Below are positions 1 to 10,513 of a stretch of DNA of 45,543 nt, in pieces. Both the position numbers and the translations under genes were made by a program. The notes below the pieces were generated by a model. That model was not told where the DNA came from. It was given only the letters and a program-made list of their open reading frames with translations, and ran no database searches. The DNA comes from Methanobacterium sp. (GTDB taxonomy: Archaea > Methanobacteriota > Methanobacteria > Methanobacteriales > Methanobacteriaceae): the NCBI GenBank assembly GCA_003166335.1, contig PMWA01000057.1:11280-56822 (forward strand), in the 5' to 3' direction. Within the stretch, counting starts at the first letter, position 1; every line of letters starts with the position of its first letter.

Positions 1-545
1 ATGGAACTATGTATGTGGGATCCAACGATGGGAACATTTACGCATTAAACTCTACAACAGGATCAAAGATATGGGAATATTACATGGGAAGCCAAGTTGA
101 ATCATCCCCTACCATTGATGGGAACTATTACAACTTATATGTAGGTAGTGATAATGGTCAATTTTCATGTCTAGATACTAGGACTGGAGAGAATAAATGG
201 TCAATTCAAACTGGTGCAGCCATAATATCAACTGCGGCAATTTCGGGGAATAGAACTGTATTCGGATGCAATAATGGAAATGTTTACATTCTAAATAAGT
301 ACAGTAGTGATATAGACTGGACTTTTGATCCGGGATATTATCTTTTCAATACACCATTCAGTTCATCGCCTGTAGCATATGGAAACATGACATACATTGG
401 AGGTAACGACGGCTATTTATATGCTTTGAACATTGACAAACAGACTTCTGCCACTTCAATATTCTTATATTACGAGGCAGCAATAGCAGTACTTGTCATA
501 GTCGCACTTATAACAATAAGAAGAATAAGAAATCAGAGAAAATGA
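1..545 (+). CDS. PQQ-binding-like (BamB-type) beta-propeller repeat protein, C-terminal part with membrane anchor; 5' end probably outside the window
   Basis: Repeated YVGSxDGxxYALxxxTGxxxW blades; hydrophobic C-terminal segment followed by the basic tail RRIRNQRK. Confidence 0.8.
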   Translation, partial: GTMYVGSNDGNIYALNSTTGSKIWEYYMGSQVESSPTIDGNYYNLYVGSDNGQFSCLDTRTGENKWSIQTGAAIISTAAISGNRTVFGCNNGNVYILNKYSSDIDWTFDPGYYLFNTPFSSSPVAYGNMTYIGGNDGYLYALNIDKQTSATSIFLYYEAAIAVLVIVALITIRRIRNQRK

Positions 546-930
546 AAAAAGAATTATTAAAATTTATGATGTTTGGTAAAAAAAATTAGATTAGATAATA
601 AAAATTTTTTTGTCCATCCATCATTTAATTATTTTATATTTTTTTGCGAATTTTAGAAGTTTTTTTGATATTAATTATCTACAAATTATTAATAGATAAT
701 ATAATTACTTTTAAAAAAATAACACTTTTTGTAACTTATAACAAGTTGATGCTTAAATTCTATTCAAAGTCAAAATTCATAAAATTAGGAACAAAAGAGC
801 ATAACATACTGAATGAACCATAATATGCAAAATTCGGCTTTCGATAAAGCATTTAAACTAAAAAGAAATAAAATTGAAAAAATGAATTGAAACTTTATAA
901 ATGGTTCCAATTAGAGTGGTTTTAAATTTA

Positions 931-1203
931 TTATTTACTAAGCTGTATTTCAATGGCTGAAACGTTGGTGTTTGCACCTTCATTACTAGTTATTTCTTCA
1001 GTGCAGATATCTATACCTGCGATATCCACGTCAGTTATAAATCTGTTTCTTACTATTTCCGCAACATCTACTGCTCTACTTATTGCTCTTCCTCTAGCTT
1101 TCAAAATGACTTCTGGAGCTCCTCCATTCATCTGAGTTACTACAGCTAGAACATAGTTCATTACCGGCTTGTTACCAATGTATACAACATTTTCCTCTGA
1201 CAT
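931..1203 (-). CDS. albA: DNA/RNA-binding protein Alba
   Basis: [15 protein letters not shown] and [21 protein letters not shown] signatures; GGAGGT RBS upstream. Confidence 0.97.
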   Translation of the reverse strand: MSEENVVYIGNKPVMNYVLAVVTQMNGGAPEVILKARGRAISRAVDVAEIVRNRFITDVDIAGIDICTEEITSNEGANTNVSAIEIQLSK

Positions 1204-1328
1204 TCACTTTACCTCCATGAAATACATTGTTTTTTTTTTAGTTTAGTAATATTATATATATGTTTGTGTGTTTTATCCTAGCTTAAAACATTATAATTTA
1301 TTTAAAAATCTGTTTACAGTTTAAAACT

Positions 1329-2513
1329 TTAATAATCTTTTAAAGTTTTTTTGATATTCTTAGCCACTTCTAATGCACCATTAAAACCTAATGTAACTGT
1401 TTGAGCATGCATAACATCAAGTAAAGGTATTTTTAATTCCCTCGATAATTCTATTTCAGCCATACCGCCTAATATTATATCAGGTTTTAGATCCTTAGCA
1501 TATTTTAAGATATCCGGATACCCTAGTTCATTAAGTATAATCGGATTTATTTTATTACGTTTAATAACTTTTTGGAGCTTATAATCTGTGTATTTACCTT
1601 CAAAATCCAAACAAATCAGAATTGGATATATACCTAATTCAGTTAGAAAATCTACTAATGCAATGGCACGTGTGGCTCCCGCGACAATTAACGCTTTTTT
1701 CCCCTTAAAAATTTTATTATATTTATTTATTTCAGTTTTAACCTCTTCTTCATCACCGATAAGAGTATAATCTTTGTTTAATGCCCTGCAAATTTGTTGG
1801 AAATAATTAGATGTGGATCTAACACCTAATGGTAATACTTCGTGAATGAAAGGAATTCCAAACTTTTTTTCCATCAATTCACAGGTACTCACACCAGAAG
1901 CTTCACACATTGAAACATTCAAAGCTGCATTGGAAGCATTTTTAATGTCTTGAAGAGTGGATCCTGAAGTTAAAACAGAAATCAAATCAATATCAAGTCT
2001 TTTGAAATAATTTTTAATATTTTTCAAGTCAGGACCTCCCCGATATTGTCCAACTAGATTTATAGATCCCTCTTTAACTTGTGGTTCATCCATCAAACTT
2101 ACAAGAACCGATAAACATTCATTATAACCTTCTATTTGGGTTCCTTCAAAGCCCCCCGAATTTATACAGATTAAATCTGCATTTACATCCGTTTTAACCT
2201 CATCCACAACCATATCTACATTTTCTCCTATTATACTACTGGCGCAAGATGTTAAAACAACTATAAGTTGAGGTGAATACTTTTTATCAACATCCTTAAT
2301 TTTATGAGATAGTTTTTCCTCCGCACCAAATACCACGTCATTTTGATCCATTTCTGTAGTTACGATTTGAACAGATCTTGAACTCCGGAGACTTAAAAGA
2401 TATTTTATGTGATAAAAACATCCTAAAGGTCCATGAATTAAAGGTAAAGCGCCTTTAATTCCTAAAACTGCCCTAACCACCCCAAACAGTTTACAAGTTC
2501 TTAAAGAATCCAT
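1329..2513 (-). CDS. Nitrogenase component 1-like oxidoreductase (NifD/NifE-like, orphan)
   Basis: C7, HGPLGC(32), TTEMDQNDVVFGAEEKL, TSC(90)ASSIIGENV, GFEG and GFNGA motifs of the nitrogenase component 1 fold. Confidence 0.85.
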   Translation of the reverse strand: MDSLRTCKLFGVVRAVLGIKGALPLIHGPLGCFYHIKYLLSLRSSRSVQIVTTEMDQNDVVFGAEEKLSHKIKDVDKKYSPQLIVVLTSCASSIIGENVDMVVDEVKTDVNADLICINSGGFEGTQIEGYNECLSVLVSLMDEPQVKEGSINLVGQYRGGPDLKNIKNYFKRLDIDLISVLTSGSTLQDIKNASNAALNVSMCEASGVSTCELMEKKFGIPFIHEVLPLGVRSTSNYFQQICRALNKDYTLIGDEEEVKTEINKYNKIFKGKKALIVAGATRAIALVDFLTELGIYPILICLDFEGKYTDYKLQKVIKRNKINPIILNELGYPDILKYAKDLKPDIILGGMAEIELSRELKIPLLDVMHAQTVTLGFNGALEVAKNIKKTLKDY

Positions 2514-2678
2514 ATTTAATCCCTATCTAATTTAATTGAATTTATTTTAATGCTCGAAATTAAATTGTTACAGAATAAAATAATTGAAATGAATTTTTAA
2601 TATAAATATGAATTTAAAAAAATAAAAAAAAGAAATAAATTGGAATTTATTAGTATTAAAAACATTAAATATAAAATT

Positions 2679-3458
2679 TTAAACTTCTACAGGGCGAAAT
2701 ATCACCACTAATCCTTCAATATTCCCCTTTTCATCTTTAATGGGTGTAACATTTCCATTTATCTGCTTCTGAGTTCCATCTTGGGATATAAGCATAACTG
2801 AATCCAAGGGGAGTACATCAAGCTCCAATGAGACATCTCTAGAATCATTCTTAACTCCTAAAATTTTGAAAACATCCTCTAAATCCATTCCAATTGCATC
2901 CTGTGCTATCCATCCAGTTAACTCCTCTGCAACTGGATTCATAAATTTAACCTGCCTCAATGAGTCTGTAGCAATCACAGCATCACTGATACTGCTTAAC
3001 ACAGCAGTCAGCCATCTCTGATGTTCTCTCAAACGTTTCTCAGTCCTATGACGGTAAAGAGTTATCTCAATAGCCGTATGTAATTCACTTTCTACAAATG
3101 GTTTTCTAATAAATCCAAATGATTCTTTAAGGATATATCCGGAAGGTTCAGTTATTTTAGCTCTTTGTACAGTGTTCTCATCACTGTATGCTGTTAAAAA
3201 AATTATCGGAAGACCAAAACGCTCCCTTATTTCTTCTGCAGCACCTATACCATCCATTTCACCTTTTAAATGGATGTCCATAAGTACAAGATCAACTGAT
3301 TGTTCTTCAACCATTTTAATGGCTGATTCACCTGAAGAAACAAGCCCAACAACTTCATAAGATGCGCTTTCCAGTCCTAATTTAATAGATTCTGCCGTGA
3401 TTTTTTCATCTTCAACAACAAGAATTTTAGCATTATTCATTTCCTCTTTCACGACCAT
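2679..3458 (-). CDS. Response regulator, receiver domain plus PAS domain
   Basis: ILVVEDE, VLMDIHL, IIFLTAYSD and KPF receiver motifs; C-terminal PAS (DAVIATD...FMNPVAEELTGW...PIKDEKGNIEGLVVIFR). Confidence 0.9.
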   Translation of the reverse strand: MVVKEEMNNAKILVVEDEKITAESIKLGLESASYEVVGLVSSGESAIKMVEEQSVDLVLMDIHLKGEMDGIGAAEEIRERFGLPIIFLTAYSDENTVQRAKITEPSGYILKESFGFIRKPFVESELHTAIEITLYRHRTEKRLREHQRWLTAVLSSISDAVIATDSLRQVKFMNPVAEELTGWIAQDAIGMDLEDVFKILGVKNDSRDVSLELDVLPLDSVMLISQDGTQKQINGNVTPIKDEKGNIEGLVVIFRPVEV

Positions 3459-3628
3459 TAATTTAACTACATATTATTAAAAAATTATTTGAATTTATAA
3501 ATAGATATAATTAACTAAAATTCTTTATTTAAAAACTATTTACCGCAGCTTATTTCTTATTTTTTTCAATAATTAGATGCTTACTTTTAATGCAAATTTA
3601 AAAGAAATAAAAAATTAGGGAGAATAAG

Positions 3629-5146
3629 TTATCTTACAATTAATATTTTGTTTATCGCATCTAAAACAGCCTCTACACTCGCCATAACTACATCTTCTAA
3701 TGTAGATCTACCAGAAGCCCTATTTCCTTCATTATCTCCCATTATGACAAACACCTCCGCCAGAGCATCTGTACCTCCAGTTATGGCCTCTATATTATAT
3801 TCTTTAAGTTCAATATCAGCAGTTTCACCAACTAAGCTTTGTATAGCATTTATAGCTGCATCCACAGGTCCAACCCCTGTTTTAGCTACACTACTCATCT
3901 TACCGTTAATATTAAGTTTAACTGTAGCAGTGGACATCACATTGTCTCCAGTCATCACAGACAATCCTTCAAGCTTTACAATCTCTTCTTTAGCCCTACC
4001 CAAAATTGTTTCTGACATAGACTTTAAATCAGCATCGGTTATACATTTACCTTTATCTCCCAGTTTTTTAACCTGATTAAAGACCCGATTAAATTGTTCA
4101 TCATCCAATTCGATTCCATACTCATCTAACTTAGATCTTATAGCATTTGCACCCGTATGCTTTCCTAAAACTATTCTGCGAGTATGTCCCACTATTTCCG
4201 GAGTTATTGGTTCATAAGTCTCTGCTTTTTGAAGAACACCATGTACATGTATCCCTGCTTCATGAGCAAATGCATTCTCTCCTACGATAGCCTTATTAGG
4301 GGGCATTTTAACTCCAGTAATCCGCGATACCAATTCTGAAGTATCAACCAGAAGCTCTGTTTTCATATTCATTTTTATGCCATATATGCTTATAAGAGCC
4401 ATTACTACTTCTTCCAGAGAAGCATTCCCTGCTCTTTCCCCCAATCCATTTATGGCTACATGTATCTGGCATGCACCGGCTTCAGCAGCACTTAATGAGT
4501 TAGCAACCGCCAGACCAAAGTCATTGTGACAGTGCACACTTATTGGAACCTTTAAATCATTTTCAAGTTTAGAAATCAAATATTTCATTGAAGCAGGAAT
4601 CATAACCCCTACAGTATCAGGCACATTTACAAAATCAACTCCTGCATCTTCAACTGCTAGGTAAACTTCTTTAAGATAATCAAATTCAGTTCTAGTAGCA
4701 TCTTCTGCTGAGAATTCTGCTATTATTCCATGATCTTTTACGTATTCTACAGCCTCTACAGACTTGTTTAAAATATCCGCTTTACTCATTTTAAGCTTGA
4801 ATTCCCTATGTAAAGGAGATGTCCCTATGAAAATATGGATGTAATCAATTCCACAACCAATGGCAGCATCTAAATCTTTTTTAAGAGGTCTTGCCAAACC
4901 ACATATTTTAGCATTCAATCCTAATTTAAGGATTTCTCGAGCTGCTTCTTTTTCACCTTCAGAAGAAACCGGGAATCCTGCCTCTATTTTATCGACACCA
5001 ATTTTATCTAATTTTTTTGCGATTCTTATCTTCTCATCCACTGTCATGGCAACTCCCGGTGTCTGTTCACCATCCCTAAGGGTGGTATCAAATATTTTAA
5101 TTGTTTCAGGTAGTTCCATGGTTTTTATAACGTTTTCTACATACAT
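3629..5146 (-). CDS. leuA: 2-isopropylmalate synthase (DRE-TIM family; citramalate synthase less likely)
   Basis: [30 protein letters not shown] and HEAGIH motifs plus C-terminal regulatory domain [13 protein letters not shown] and [10 protein letters not shown] look LeuA-like rather than CimA-like. Confidence 0.8.
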   Translation of the reverse strand: MYVENVIKTMELPETIKIFDTTLRDGEQTPGVAMTVDEKIRIAKKLDKIGVDKIEAGFPVSSEGEKEAAREILKLGLNAKICGLARPLKKDLDAAIGCGIDYIHIFIGTSPLHREFKLKMSKADILNKSVEAVEYVKDHGIIAEFSAEDATRTEFDYLKEVYLAVEDAGVDFVNVPDTVGVMIPASMKYLISKLENDLKVPISVHCHNDFGLAVANSLSAAEAGACQIHVAINGLGERAGNASLEEVVMALISIYGIKMNMKTELLVDTSELVSRITGVKMPPNKAIVGENAFAHEAGIHVHGVLQKAETYEPITPEIVGHTRRIVLGKHTGANAIRSKLDEYGIELDDEQFNRVFNQVKKLGDKGKCITDADLKSMSETILGRAKEEIVKLEGLSVMTGDNVMSTATVKLNINGKMSSVAKTGVGPVDAAINAIQSLVGETADIELKEYNIEAITGGTDALAEVFVIMGDNEGNRASGRSTLEDVVMASVEAVLDAINKILIVR

Positions 5147-5342
5147 TAGGGAAGACCCCCATAATATTATATTATAATAATGAATTTATGAATAGAGATT
5201 TGTTAATTAAATTGATAATTAATTTTATTACATATTATATTATTATAATTTTTATTTAATCCTTTAAAAAAGTTCATTAAGTTTGATTTTTTTGTAAAAT
5301 ATTTATTTTTCCCTATCAAGACTGGTTACGACTTGATATTTT

Positions 5343-6155
5343 TTAAGTACCTATAATTAGACTTAGGAAGTCTCTGAGTCCTGGAGCTAAACCTAAAATG
5401 AATATAGCTAATTTCAACATGTTTTTTATGGTTCTATCTTCCACGTAGGTGTCTATAATGTAAAGAGCGAATAATATTACAGTTATCTTAAGCGGATACA
5501 TTACCAGTGCAGTGCCTGTTAGATTATAGAGTGCATTTGGAAGCACATGCTGTTCACTGTATCCATAAAAACTAACTGCTATAAATGTAGAGCTTGCATC
5601 AAATAGATGAGCCATTAAAACGCTTAAATTTAATTTGTCTTTGATCAAACTCCACTTATTTCTTAATATTATGAAAACTGATGATGAAAGTAACCAAGCC
5701 CCAATGACTTCGAAAAATGCAGTGAAGTTAACATGGTTTATGTTCAATATGTTGGGTATACATAGAGCTATTCCAATAATTAACATAATACGTCTGTAGT
5801 CAAAATTAGTTTTTCTCTCAATGTAAACTGATGTTAAGAGTGCTATAATGGTTATAATCCCTGTTAAAAAATAGATACCTGGAGTTACCAGTATATAAGT
5901 TAGAGGGTAGATTCCATTATCCACTAATGCTCTGGCGCTGGAGCCGAAGAATATGAATGGTATCAAGGGAATTAACAAGTCTTTAGGATCCTTTTTCAAG
6001 AATTTAAATAGTTTGATGATGAATATTACGACTATGCCCAGTATAATCCCAAAGACTACTGTGTTTAAGATAGTATACCCCGGATGGAGATAGATAAAGT
6101 TTTCTCCAATGAATTGGGATAATTGGGATAATATATCAAAATAGTAAAATACCAT
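5343..6155 (-). CDS. Archaeal integral membrane protein, DUF63-like
   Basis: About 8 hydrophobic segments; GYTILNT, AHLFDASST, YSEQHVLP and LGLAPGLRD motifs. Confidence 0.75.
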   Translation of the reverse strand: MVFYYFDILSQLSQFIGENFIYLHPGYTILNTVVFGIILGIVVIFIIKLFKFLKKDPKDLLIPLIPFIFFGSSARALVDNGIYPLTYILVTPGIYFLTGIITIIALLTSVYIERKTNFDYRRIMLIIGIALCIPNILNINHVNFTAFFEVIGAWLLSSSVFIILRNKWSLIKDKLNLSVLMAHLFDASSTFIAVSFYGYSEQHVLPNALYNLTGTALVMYPLKITVILFALYIIDTYVEDRTIKNMLKLAIFILGLAPGLRDFLSLIIGT

Positions 6156-6317
6156 ATAAGTCTAATCTGAAATTTCTAATACTAATTAATATATTATCCT
6201 AGTTTAAGTTGTAAATTCTAAATTTAATATAATTAAAAATGAGATCTATAGTATTCAAAAAATCTAAAAAAAATATATTTTTTAGATTTTCTTAAAAAAT
6301 TATAATTTAGATAACTA

Positions 6318-6974
6318 TTAAGATCTTTTAATCTTCTTTTTAATAACCTCTTTCAATATAAGTGGTAAAGGAGTCCTATTACCAAAAACATTTGTTTTAC
6401 CCGATAATATTCCTTTAATAACACTTTCAACTGAGAATTCAGCTTCTAATTCTGTTACACAGCTGCCGATTGCACCAAGAAAATGAGCATCACTAGCGCC
6501 GATTTCAGGAATCTTTCTTTTCGTTGCAAGTCTTTTAGCTCGCCAATTAGAGTATCCAAAGATGTATCTGGAGTTGAGGGTTTCGATGGCGTCAATATCT
6601 AAATCTTTAACGTAACCACACAGTCCTTCTCTGTATCTTACAAATGGATGTGGAGCTATAGCTATTCCTCCGTAACTCCTGATTTTATCAATAGTATCTT
6701 CAGGAGATAAACCCTTTTCTATCTCCTGTGTTATTCCCAGAGCCACGATATGTCCTTTATTGGTAGTAACTTCCATGGCAGGTATCACCATAAACTCATC
6801 TAAATCTTTTGCTTCCTTCATGGCTAATATTGAACCTTTTAAGGTATTATGGTCGGCGATAGCAATGGCATCTAAACCAATTTCCCTAGATTTTCTTATT
6901 ATATCCCCTGGTGATGCTGTAGCATCTCCAGAGTATCTACTGTGTATATGGGGATCTATTATCATTTTTATCAA
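6318..6974 (-). CDS. PHP-domain metal-dependent phosphoesterase
   Basis: DPHIHSRYS, IADHN, PHPF and GASDAH motifs. Confidence 0.9.
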   Translation of the reverse strand: MIKMIIDPHIHSRYSGDATASPGDIIRKSREIGLDAIAIADHNTLKGSILAMKEAKDLDEFMVIPAMEVTTNKGHIVALGITQEIEKGLSPEDTIDKIRSYGGIAIAPHPFVRYREGLCGYVKDLDIDAIETLNSRYIFGYSNWRAKRLATKRKIPEIGASDAHFLGAIGSCVTELEAEFSVESVIKGILSGKTNVFGNRTPLPLILKEVIKKKIKRS

Positions 6975-7039
6975 ATCATAATCACTTAATTATTTTTATT
7001 TAATAAAATAAAAAAAAAATTTTATAAAAATTTAATAAT

Positions 7040-8080
7040 TTAAATATTATTATTTATGGAGTTTTTATAATTAATAGCATTTATTAGACCTACAGGTCCG
7101 GCCATCATCACATCTCCTGCGGGAGCAGCGTAATGTACCTTAAAATCTGTTTTTTGAAGGATTTTCCGCTTCGGTCCCGTAGCCACAACACATTCAAAGC
7201 CATTAATTGCCTGTGTTATCCAAGCTCCATGACCGCCATCCCCATGTATCTGCTCATGAGGTAAAACACCCATTGCCAGTTTTTCAATATAATTTATCAA
7301 CTTGTTAGGCGTTAACATACCCGTGTGATGCTCGAAGACTCCTAAAATTTTACCCTCAAAAACGGAAGCTGCCAGAGTATGGCCATTTCCAATATCTAAA
7401 GCAACGTAACTATCCAAGTTCTTCACATAATCATCACAAGTAGTTCCGCATATGGCTGCGAATTTTGAATCCATTAAAACCGTATTATAACCCTTAAGGG
7501 TTCTTAAAACTGCATTCATCCGAGTAAAATAATCTGGAACAGAATTAAAATATGCAAATTCTTCAGGTCTGCGGGGAATGTCTAATTTTTCCCTTATTTT
7601 CATGAAACGAAAGTTTCTATTACCCACGCCCTGCATAAAACCATGATCTTGTACTGCAACCCCTATATAATCGAATTCCAGCTCCACATCAAATTGATTG
7701 AATGCTTCTTTTATCGCGTTCAAATCAACATCCTTAAATTCCATTTCAGATAGATCAGGATTTTTTTCTCTATTCCCTATTATTTCAACACCTAATGATT
7801 CAACGAGATTCAAATTATCGTTTATAGTTCTAGCAGAGTTTTCAGTCATAATAACTCTGTATCCTTTTTTTAAATGATTTTTTATAGCATTACTTACGGA
7901 GCCTCCGCCCATTGTTTCACCGCTTAAAAAAAGATCATTTTTATGTTTACGTATTCTCTCAGCAATTATCCGAGTTGGCGAAGGTAATACCATTTTAGGA
8001 GAGTTTTCTACAGATTCTTCTGAATCATAGAGCATTATATCCTGGGTTCCTGAACCCACATCAATTGACAAAATCTTCAT
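7040..8080 (-). CDS. DUF1786-like protein (actin-like fold, uncharacterised)
   Basis: ILSIDVGSGTQD, AVQDHG, DIGNGHT, FEHHT and DGGHG motifs. Confidence 0.75.
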   Translation of the reverse strand: MKILSIDVGSGTQDIMLYDSEESVENSPKMVLPSPTRIIAERIRKHKNDLFLSGETMGGGSVSNAIKNHLKKGYRVIMTENSARTINDNLNLVESLGVEIIGNREKNPDLSEMEFKDVDLNAIKEAFNQFDVELEFDYIGVAVQDHGFMQGVGNRNFRFMKIREKLDIPRRPEEFAYFNSVPDYFTRMNAVLRTLKGYNTVLMDSKFAAICGTTCDDYVKNLDSYVALDIGNGHTLAASVFEGKILGVFEHHTGMLTPNKLINYIEKLAMGVLPHEQIHGDGGHGAWITQAINGFECVVATGPKRKILQKTDFKVHYAAPAGDVMMAGPVGLINAINYKNSINNNI

Positions 8081-8164
8081 GTTAATATAATTGTTCTTAA
8101 TTTCATATTAAATCAATTAATTAAAAAAATAAAATTTTTTTTTTAATCCAAAAATTATTTACAA

Positions 8165-8194
8165 TGTACAAATATGTACAATAAAGGTTATAAA
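8165..8194 (+). promoter_or_regulatory. Paired TRP boxes (TGTACA-N4-TGTACA) next to the BRE/TATA of trpB2; probable TrpY operator
   Basis: TGTACA at 8165-8170 and 8175-8180, a partial TTTACA at 8158-8163, then AAAGGTTATAAA at 8183-8194; TGTACA boxes are the known TrpY sites in Methanothermobacter. Confidence 0.75.
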
Positions 8195-8303
8195 TTAGTA
8201 TAAAAATTAATAATATATACTCGTAACTATTGTCGATTCGAGACCCTAATTAAAGCTCTAAAAATAAAAGTAATAAATCAAGAAAAAGAAAAAAAGTGAT
8301 TTT

Positions 8304-9599
8304 ATGTATAAAGTTACATTACCCGAGAAGGATGTTCCAAAAAAATGGTACAACATAGTGGCTGATTTACCTGTAGAACCACCTATGCCTTCACAAACAG
8401 AAGAAGGTAAACAACTAGAAAATCTACCAAAAATATTCTCTAAAGGTGTTTTAGAACAAGAAATGTCCGCTGAAAGATGGATTAAAATCCCTAAAGAAAT
8501 AAGGAATGTTTATAAAAAAGTAGGCCGACCCAACCCCTTATTCCGCGCTAAAGGTTTAGAAGAACATCTAGATACTCCTGCCAAAATTTATTACAAACGA
8601 GAAGATTTATCACCCACCGGTAGTCACAAACTTAACACTGCGATCGCCCAAGCTTATTATGCTAAACAAGATGGTATAGAGAGGTTAACAACTGAGACAG
8701 GTGCCGGACAATGGGGATCCGCATTATCCCTAGCCTGTTGCCTGTTAGACATGGAGTGTACGGTTTACATGGTAAACGTTTCCTTCAAGCAAAAACCCTA
8801 CCGAAAAACAATCATGCAAATATATAACGGGAAAGTAATACCTTCACCCAGTAACCAAACAGAATTTGGGAAGAAAATGCTCAAAGAAAATCCCAATCAT
8901 CCGGGTTCATTAGGTATAGCAATATCAGAAGCCATAGAAGATGCATTAAAAGATGAAAAAGTTTACTACTCACTGGGTAGTGTATTAAACCATGTAATGT
9001 TACACCAAACCATTATAGGATTAGAAACTCAGAAACAATTAGAGAAAATCGAGGAATCACCCGACATTATGATTGGCTGTGTAGGTGGCGGAAGTAATTT
9101 CGCAGGCTCCACTTTCCCCTTCATTAAAGATAAAATAACTGGTGATCTAGATTGTCAATTCATTGCAGCCGAACCATCATCCTGCCCCACCCTTACCCAG
9201 GGAGAATACAAATACGATTTTGGAGATACTGCAGGTTTAACACCCCTCATCAAAATGTACACTTTAGGGCATAACTTTATTCCACCATCAGTTCATGCAG
9301 GAGGCCTGCGTTACCATGGAATAGCACCATTAGTTGCTCTTCTTGCACACGAAAAAATCATAGAAGCACGCAGCGTAAGCCAAATCAATGTTTTCGAGAG
9401 TAACCAGATGTTCGCACAAACTGAAGGAGTAATACCAGCTCCAGAAACAGGACACGCTATTAAAATAGGAATAGACGAAGCAATAAAATGCAGGAAAACT
9501 GGAGAAGAAAAAAACATTATAATTAACTTCTCAGGACATGGTTTGTTGGATCTGCAGGGATATGATGATTTCCTAGAAGGTAAATTAGAAAAGGACTAA
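8304..9599 (+). CDS. trpB2: Tryptophan synthase beta chain 2 (TrpB2)
   Basis: PKKWYNI N-terminal extension, PLP lysine motif [33 protein letters not shown] and SGHGLLDL. Confidence 0.93.
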   Translation: MYKVTLPEKDVPKKWYNIVADLPVEPPMPSQTEEGKQLENLPKIFSKGVLEQEMSAERWIKIPKEIRNVYKKVGRPNPLFRAKGLEEHLDTPAKIYYKREDLSPTGSHKLNTAIAQAYYAKQDGIERLTTETGAGQWGSALSLACCLLDMECTVYMVNVSFKQKPYRKTIMQIYNGKVIPSPSNQTEFGKKMLKENPNHPGSLGIAISEAIEDALKDEKVYYSLGSVLNHVMLHQTIIGLETQKQLEKIEESPDIMIGCVGGGSNFAGSTFPFIKDKITGDLDCQFIAAEPSSCPTLTQGEYKYDFGDTAGLTPLIKMYTLGHNFIPPSVHAGGLRYHGIAPLVALLAHEKIIEARSVSQINVFESNQMFAQTEGVIPAPETGHAIKIGIDEAIKCRKTGEEKNIIINFSGHGLLDLQGYDDFLEGKLEKD

Positions 9600-10127
9600 A
9601 AAATTTAATTCTTCAAAACTTTTTTTTAGAAAAAAACTTTATTCTTCCAAATTACTCCTTTTTTTAAAACTTTTTTAATTTAATAAAATGTATAAAAAAA
9701 ATTTATCACTGCTTTTTTTTTAATATTATAATTATTATCTAAAAGAAAAATTACAATTTTTATAGGAACACTAAACAATAACCTATAATAATATGTTAAA
9801 ATATGTTTTTTTGAAATTTTAACATGTTTCTATACATTAATTCTCTAAAAATTAAGTTTGTATCTACTATTCTTTAAATTATAATTTATAATAATTAAAA
9901 TAAGATTTTAATTGGATTTATTAAAACATTGAAGATTTACAATTCAGCTTTTAATGAGCCGATATCTATAAATAAGATTGTTTTTAAACCCTATTTTAAC
10001 TAATATTAAGAAATTTTTAAGTTCTAATATTGGCTAAATAACGAATTTTAATAAATCTTAGAAATAGAAAATAAAACAAAAAAATATAATTAGAAAAAGA
10101 AGTTTATGCGAAAGGAAGGTGATTAAA

Positions 10128-10490
10128 ATGAAGCAAAACGTAGGCATATTATTATTGATAATAATAGTTGCAGTTGGAGCAGTAGGTGTTTGGGCTATTA
10201 GTAATATTACAAACCATAACCCCACTCTAAATTTAACTGCAACTAATAATAACACAACTAATGCCTCTACTAATTCAGCTACAAATCCAGGCAATAATGC
10301 AAATAGTGGAAGTGGAAGCAGTAGTAGTGGAAGCAGTAGTGCTGGAAGCGGAAGCAGTAGTGCTGGAAGCGGAAGCAGTAGTGCTGGAAGCGGGAACAGT
10401 GGAAGCAGCGGTGATAATGGAGGTTATGGTCTAACAGGGTCTACATATACTCCGAACACCAGTAATCCACATGGAACAGTTCCTGGTTAA
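10128..10490 (+). CDS. Small membrane-anchored or secreted Asn/Thr- and Ser/Gly-rich protein
   Basis: GGTGA RBS before ATG 10128; N-terminal hydrophobic helix, N-x-T/S sequons and GSSSAGS repeats. Confidence 0.7.
   Translation: MKQNVGILLLIIIVAVGAVGVWAISNITNHNPTLNLTATNNNTTNASTNSATNPGNNANSGSGSSSSGSSSAGSGSSSAGSGSSSAGSGNSGSSGDNGGYGLTGSTYTPNTSNPHGTVPG
10329..10391 (+). repeat. Coding tandem repeat, 3 exact copies of 21-bp GGAAGCAGTAGTGCTGGAAGC
   Basis: Read directly at 10329-10349, 10350-10370 and 10371-10391, with degenerate flanks. Confidence 0.95.
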
Positions 10491-10513
10491 ATAATTTTGG
10501 AGGCGATATTTAA

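Noticed and set aside
728..741. One or two TTATAAG-like units here and at about 43299
   Set aside because: Expected by chance in DNA this AT-rich; no phased array
1329..2513. Calling this gene cfbD or nifD, or inferring nitrogen fixation
   Set aside because: It lacks the CfbD HPRP N-terminus, is much shorter than NifD, and has no nifH/nifK neighbours
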